In this document: positions 57,854 to 62,682 of the stretch, in pieces
How the letters are laid out: each line of letters starts with the position of its first letter
Numbering within the stretch: position 1 is the first letter of the stretch
Assembly: GCA_000934665.2 (NCBI GenBank)
Contig: KZ538549.1
Span: 1-62,682, forward strand
Reading direction: 5' to 3'
DNA: 62,682 bases
From: Catajapyx aquilonaris
Taxonomy: Eukaryota
Notes under the pieces: generated by a model
The model's database searches: none
Told to the model about the DNA's origin: nothing
The model's input: the letters and a program-made list of their open reading frames with translations, nothing else
Program-made: the position numbers and the translations under genes

Positions 57854-58085
57854 GAAATGAAAAAGTAATATTACGTGTAAGCAGTATAAATGTCCTCAAT
57901 TTTTCATCTGTACATATTCATTCACATGACTGTAAATAATGCATAATATAATATGTTGTACGTTTACTTCTCTACCTTCTATTTTCTTAAATATGAGTAA
58001 CCTCTACAGGATAAAAAAACACTCAACTGGGAGATAATTTTGCTATCTTATTGAAGGAGGTATTTGAGAAAGAGAATTTGATTAT

Positions 58086-58216
58086 GGGCCGGTTTCACCG
58101 AGCTCGGTATATGATAAAACCAGGTTTCTTTAGGAAAATCCATACAAATGTGTAGGGATTTTCCGAAAGAACCCTGGTTTTATCATAATAATACCGAGGT
58201 CGGTGAAACCAGCGAC
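58086..58216. mobile_element. Small hairpin MITE, Harbinger-like ends
   Basis: GGGCCGGTTTCACCGAGCTCGGTAT...AAAACCAGG...GGAAAATCC / GGATTTTCC...CCTGGTTTTATCAT...ATACCGAGGTCGGTGAAACC. Confidence 0.7.
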
Positions 58217-59069
58217 TATAATGTAGTATCAGCAGGCCTAGAAGTTATATTTTCAGAAATGCCTCGTTCAATAAGACCAAGTCTGCAAAATAGTAATTTT
58301 GGTGTCGGAACCGGCCGGAGCTATCACATGAGGCACATTTTACGTTCTCTACTGCCTTCCTTATGACACAGTTACCCATTCCCTTTCAGACCAACTCATC
58401 GCCATACGTAGGAGCTGAGCTAACGTTTCTTGCATGCAGGTTCTTTTTTCGGAAACTGTGGCCTCATCTGGCGCCCATATAGGGCACCACAGGAATACAG
58501 TATTTCCGACAATTATTTCCCTTTCTGGGTTCTTTACAACCAGTTAAGCTTCGCAGTAGATCTAATAAGCATTTACATACTGCCATACTGGTACGAGTGG
58601 TACCCTATAATTATATCATAATAACCTTTTCCATTTATAATACAGAAGAGTTCATCTAAATTCTGATAATGTATGTGATATTAACAGCAGTGTTGCACAA
58701 CTAATCAGCATTAACAAGTTACTTACGCTTATGTAATATTGTCCTGCTGACTTCAGCATCAGGAAAAGAGGGTATAAACATTATGAGAAAGAGATGCAAG
58801 TGGTTGTGCGACAGAATGAGGTACCGATGCACAATTTACTATCTCATTCAGCTAAAACAATTAATGGTGTATGAAAATGGGACAGTAGCATGATGGCGGA
58901 ACTGTGGCTACACTTGACGTGAAAACGCCACCAAAATTATGTACTTTTCTACATACGTGTGTATAGAAGGAAATAACTCGCACTGGCCTAGTTATAACTT
59001 ATATTGTGTTTCAGATTTATGCTCACATTCTCTACACTCCTTATTCAGTCCTACAGTTACTAACTTACT

Positions 59070-59240
59070 AGGCGAGACCTTTTCTCCTGGTGCTGCGCAG
59101 AGAACGGAGACGTTATCAGAAGTGCGTGAAAAAGACCCTACCAAGCAAATGTGATGGGGGTGTTAGAACTTTGAACCCTTGCCTTCTCACTTGATGGTTG
59201 GGACATCCACGTGGCATAACCACTAGACCACATAGCTTCT
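59070..59240 (-). mobile_element. Degenerate tRNA-derived SINE fragment
   Basis: Minus strand A-box-like TGGTCTAGTGG and B-box-like GGTTCAAA; boundaries uncertain. Confidence 0.35.
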
Positions 59241-60340
59241 CGGAACGATATGCTACGATCAGCTAGAAATATCAATTCTGAGACCATCGTGCCCCCAAAA
59301 GAATAAAGGTGATCTAAAGGCGATTAAAATTATATTGCCTCTAATTGCCTGTTGGATGGCCCAGAACACAAAAACAACAGCATATGATTGGCAACAACGA
59401 CTATCTTATACAGAATGAGCTCTGAGACTCATTAAATCATTAGTATGTTTATAAATTACTTTAGCTGTCATCCGCATGTTACTAATGTATGTTGATACAT
59501 TTAACTGTGCAAGGAAACATATGATGCTAAATGAATGAAACCGTGCCTTTCCTTCACAATAGAACATTCGTTTTGACAAGTTTAGTTTTGAAGCAATGAT
59601 GTTAAACTGCTGCTAGAATTTAAGTTTAGCTTGGTTAGTCTAACTTTGTTCTATGATTGCGTTGGTACACATGCCCACGAAACAATATTGATGTAAAAAG
59701 TGCAACTAACATTTGTTGACTGAAATAATATAAATATTGTTAAAAATTGACCCAAAAAGGTGAATACTAGTTTAAAGAAATACAGAAAGAAATATCAGGA
59801 ATCATGGGAATACTTAAATGAAAAACGAACCTAGTCACATTTTAGTCGACATTGAGTTAGGCATACTTTAACGTAATTCCAGAATGGCACTTTCTGATGA
59901 TCAAGTAATAGTTCTCTGATAGAAAAATTACATCCTATAATTTATCAATTAAAGGATAACGACATCTTCATCCTTCAAATCGCCGTACGCATATATCGCC
60001 GGAAATCAGCCGCAAACCAGCAAAAACAAATCAACATCTATGTGTAAGTTTAGTGATAATGTTGATTATTTTCGACGAGAGAACATTGTACCCTGCACTA
60101 TATCCCCCATAATAACCCCCCATCTATCCCAGTCTGGACTACAGGGAAACCAGCGTGAAAAAACTAAAATGATGATATAACTTACTGTAGTACGCATTGC
60201 GAGGGCTACATAATTATTCAGTGACCTTCCATACTACTCTAATGTCAGAAAGAAATACAATGGGTGTTAGTAGTTACACATATTCTCGTTATTTTTCTCT
60301 ATGAGGCGCCGGCCTGTTAGAGGATAAACAGAATATCGTC

Positions 60341-62456
60341 ATGAGAATACATATCGCTTTTCGCTCCAAGCTTGCCCAGGTATGTTTTAAAAACTTCACA
60401 CTTCTTTTTTGTATGATTACCACATTACTAACAGTTGAGTCATTGTGCGGGAGTGAACCCAAGTATTACATGCACACGCCTTACCTACTGAAAGTTTCAT
60501 TGGAAGTGAACTCTTTAAGCGTCTTTTGATTTTTTTTTCCCAACATAAATAAAAGCAATACAATTTCATAGCACCCTGTTTGATATAAAACGAACATCGT
60601 CTAACTTATTATTTATTCTGCAGGTCGTCACAGCCACAGCAGCCTCTTTGGGTTGGATGTGTTCAGGAGCTGTTGTGGGATACACCTCATCAGCAATACC
60701 TTCCATGAGGGACGATGAATATGCTCATAAATTTTCCATAACTAACTACGACATTGCCTGGATCGGTAGGTTTCGTAGTTTTACAGTAAGGCGTTCGCAA
60801 TCAAGTTATGTGAATGATCTACGAGTACTTTATAAGGTGGTCGCGTCGCAGTAATAATAATACAGGTGTCTTTTATCTGGATAAATGTGGCATAATTTAG
60901 CTGAGTTTTGACAAGGACGCGGCAATTAAATGGTGACATGTCGCGACATCTCACCTTATTGTCACGCCACACTTATTCTGCATGTCAGGCATGCAACGTG
61001 ACAATCACGTAAAAAACCACATTGTTTCCCAGAGGCTGTTTTTCAGCATTATGCAACCAATAAGAATGGCCTCCATGAAGTAGGGCGCCTTCACACGTAT
61101 TCTGTCGATCTTTCAGGGGGACTTGTTCCTGTTGGAGCCATATGTGGCAGCCTTCTTGGAGGACCCTTGCTGACCGCCATTGGTCGACAACGATGCATGC
61201 TGCTGATAACCGTCCCTCTTTATGCTGCAGGATGGATTTTGATATCTGCAGCCACCCACTTGGCCATGGTATATGTCGGCCGCTTCACAGGAGGCTTGGC
61301 AATGGGCCTGTCCTACGCAGCAGCACCCGTCCTGGTAATGGAAACAACTCAAGTTTCTGTACGAGGATACCTGGGGTCCCTTCCCCAAGTCATGGTCTCA
61401 CTCGGAGTTCTTATAAGCTACCTGTTGGGTGCTGCTTTGAACTGGTACTATTTGGGCTGGGCCACTGCAGCAGTCACTGTTCTTCCTTACTTCCTCCTCC
61501 TCCTCCTGGTTCCTGAGTCCCCAGTGTGGTTGCTCTCTCATCGGGGAAGACAGGAGGCACTTGATGCCCTCACTTGGCTTAGAGGTGGAAATGTGGAGGT
61601 GGCAGAACTGGAGCTCAGGGCCACTGAAGACAACGTCACATCTGCAGCAGGTTCCTTCTGTAAGGGACCTTTCGCCTCCATCAAGCTTCTGAAGCAGCCT
61701 CCACACCTCAAGACGTTTCTGGTAGTTATGGGTCTTGTGGTTTTCCAACAACTTACAGGAACTGCAGCTGTCCTGTTTTATACTGTCGACATATTCCAGG
61801 TTGGTATGTGAATTGTTGTGCACTGCATTTGAATAAGCTTCACCATTTGCTGAATTTCTTCCTCATGTACTGTAAGTTAACGCTTGCTTCAATTGGTGCA
61901 GAACGCTGGAATGTACCTGGATGCTCACTTGTCTGCTATTGTGGTTGGCGCTATTCAATTTGTGGCCGTCGTTGGAGGGACTTCATTGGTGGAGCGTTCT
62001 GGCAGGCGTCCTCTACTGACCATTTCCGCCTCCTTTATGGCACTGTCCATGGGAATCCTTGGAGGATACTTGTACAAAAGGCAGTACCCGCCAACCTTTC
62101 CAAATTGGATTCCACTTCTGAGCCTTGCTCTGTTCATTGTTGCCCATGCGATCGGATATGGGCCTTTGACGTGGTTGGTGTCGGCGGAATTACTGCCTTT
62201 AGATATGAGGGCTGTTGTTATGCCAATTGCAACAGCTGTCAACTGGGGATACTTTTTCCTAGTTACTTTCACCTTCCAAATACTTGTGGATGCTATTCAC
62301 GACTATGGAGTATTTTGGCTTTACGGGTCTGTTGCGTTGCTGGGCATTCCATTCACTGTACTGTGTGTTCCGGAAACTAAAGGGCTTACGGCTGACGAGA
62401 TTAGACAAATCTTCGATGCAAAAGATAGGAGGGAATGTCTGGAGTCACCTACCTGA
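60341..62456 (+). CDS. MFS sugar porter, Tret1-like, copy 2 (tandem paralog), about 472 aa
   Basis: Exons 60341-60379, 60624-60765, 61117-61799, 61902-62456; same intron positions as copy 1. Motifs PESPVWL, QQLTGTA, VERSGRRPLL, GYGPLTW, PETKG. Confidence 0.93.
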
Positions 62457-62682
62457 TTCATCAAGCGATTCTTACGTAACAATCAAGAACTTGAATTTTA
62501 AATATTACTTCCGTATAATATTACTGATAAAATAAATTCGGAAATTGAACCATGTCTGGTACAGTTTAGTTCGGTTTATGATTAATAGTCCAGGTGCTAA
62601 GGGACAAATTTGACCCAAACTTTGCATTTTGTGACAAAAGTATGAAACTCGGTACACTTGTCCCTTGGACACTTCTGATCAT

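Overview
Eukaryotic (arthropod-like) genomic DNA with short spliceosomal introns and a few N gaps. By hand splicing I reconstruct nine protein-coding genes: an SLP-76/LCP2-BLNK-like SAM + tyrosine/proline-rich + SH2 adaptor (minus strand, runs off the left edge), head-to-head with SmG; O-GlcNAcase; a trypsin-like protease convergent with ARMH3; an ABCH-type half transporter; a C2H2 zinc-finger gene; and two tandem Tret1-like sugar porters. Introns and intergenic DNA carry many non-autonomous DNA transposons (TTAA/Kolobok-like, Tc1/mariner, Harbinger-like), tRNA-derived SINEs, perfect palindromes and microsatellites. The best leads are the invertebrate SLP-76-like adaptor (with a required GC-AG intron), possible splicing/polyadenylation control around the Oga intron matching the human short-OGA junction, a substrate-site change in the second sugar porter, and a fold-back cluster in the SmG intron. 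I see no clear evidence of a wholly new system. All models are manual and unsupported by transcript data or database searches.
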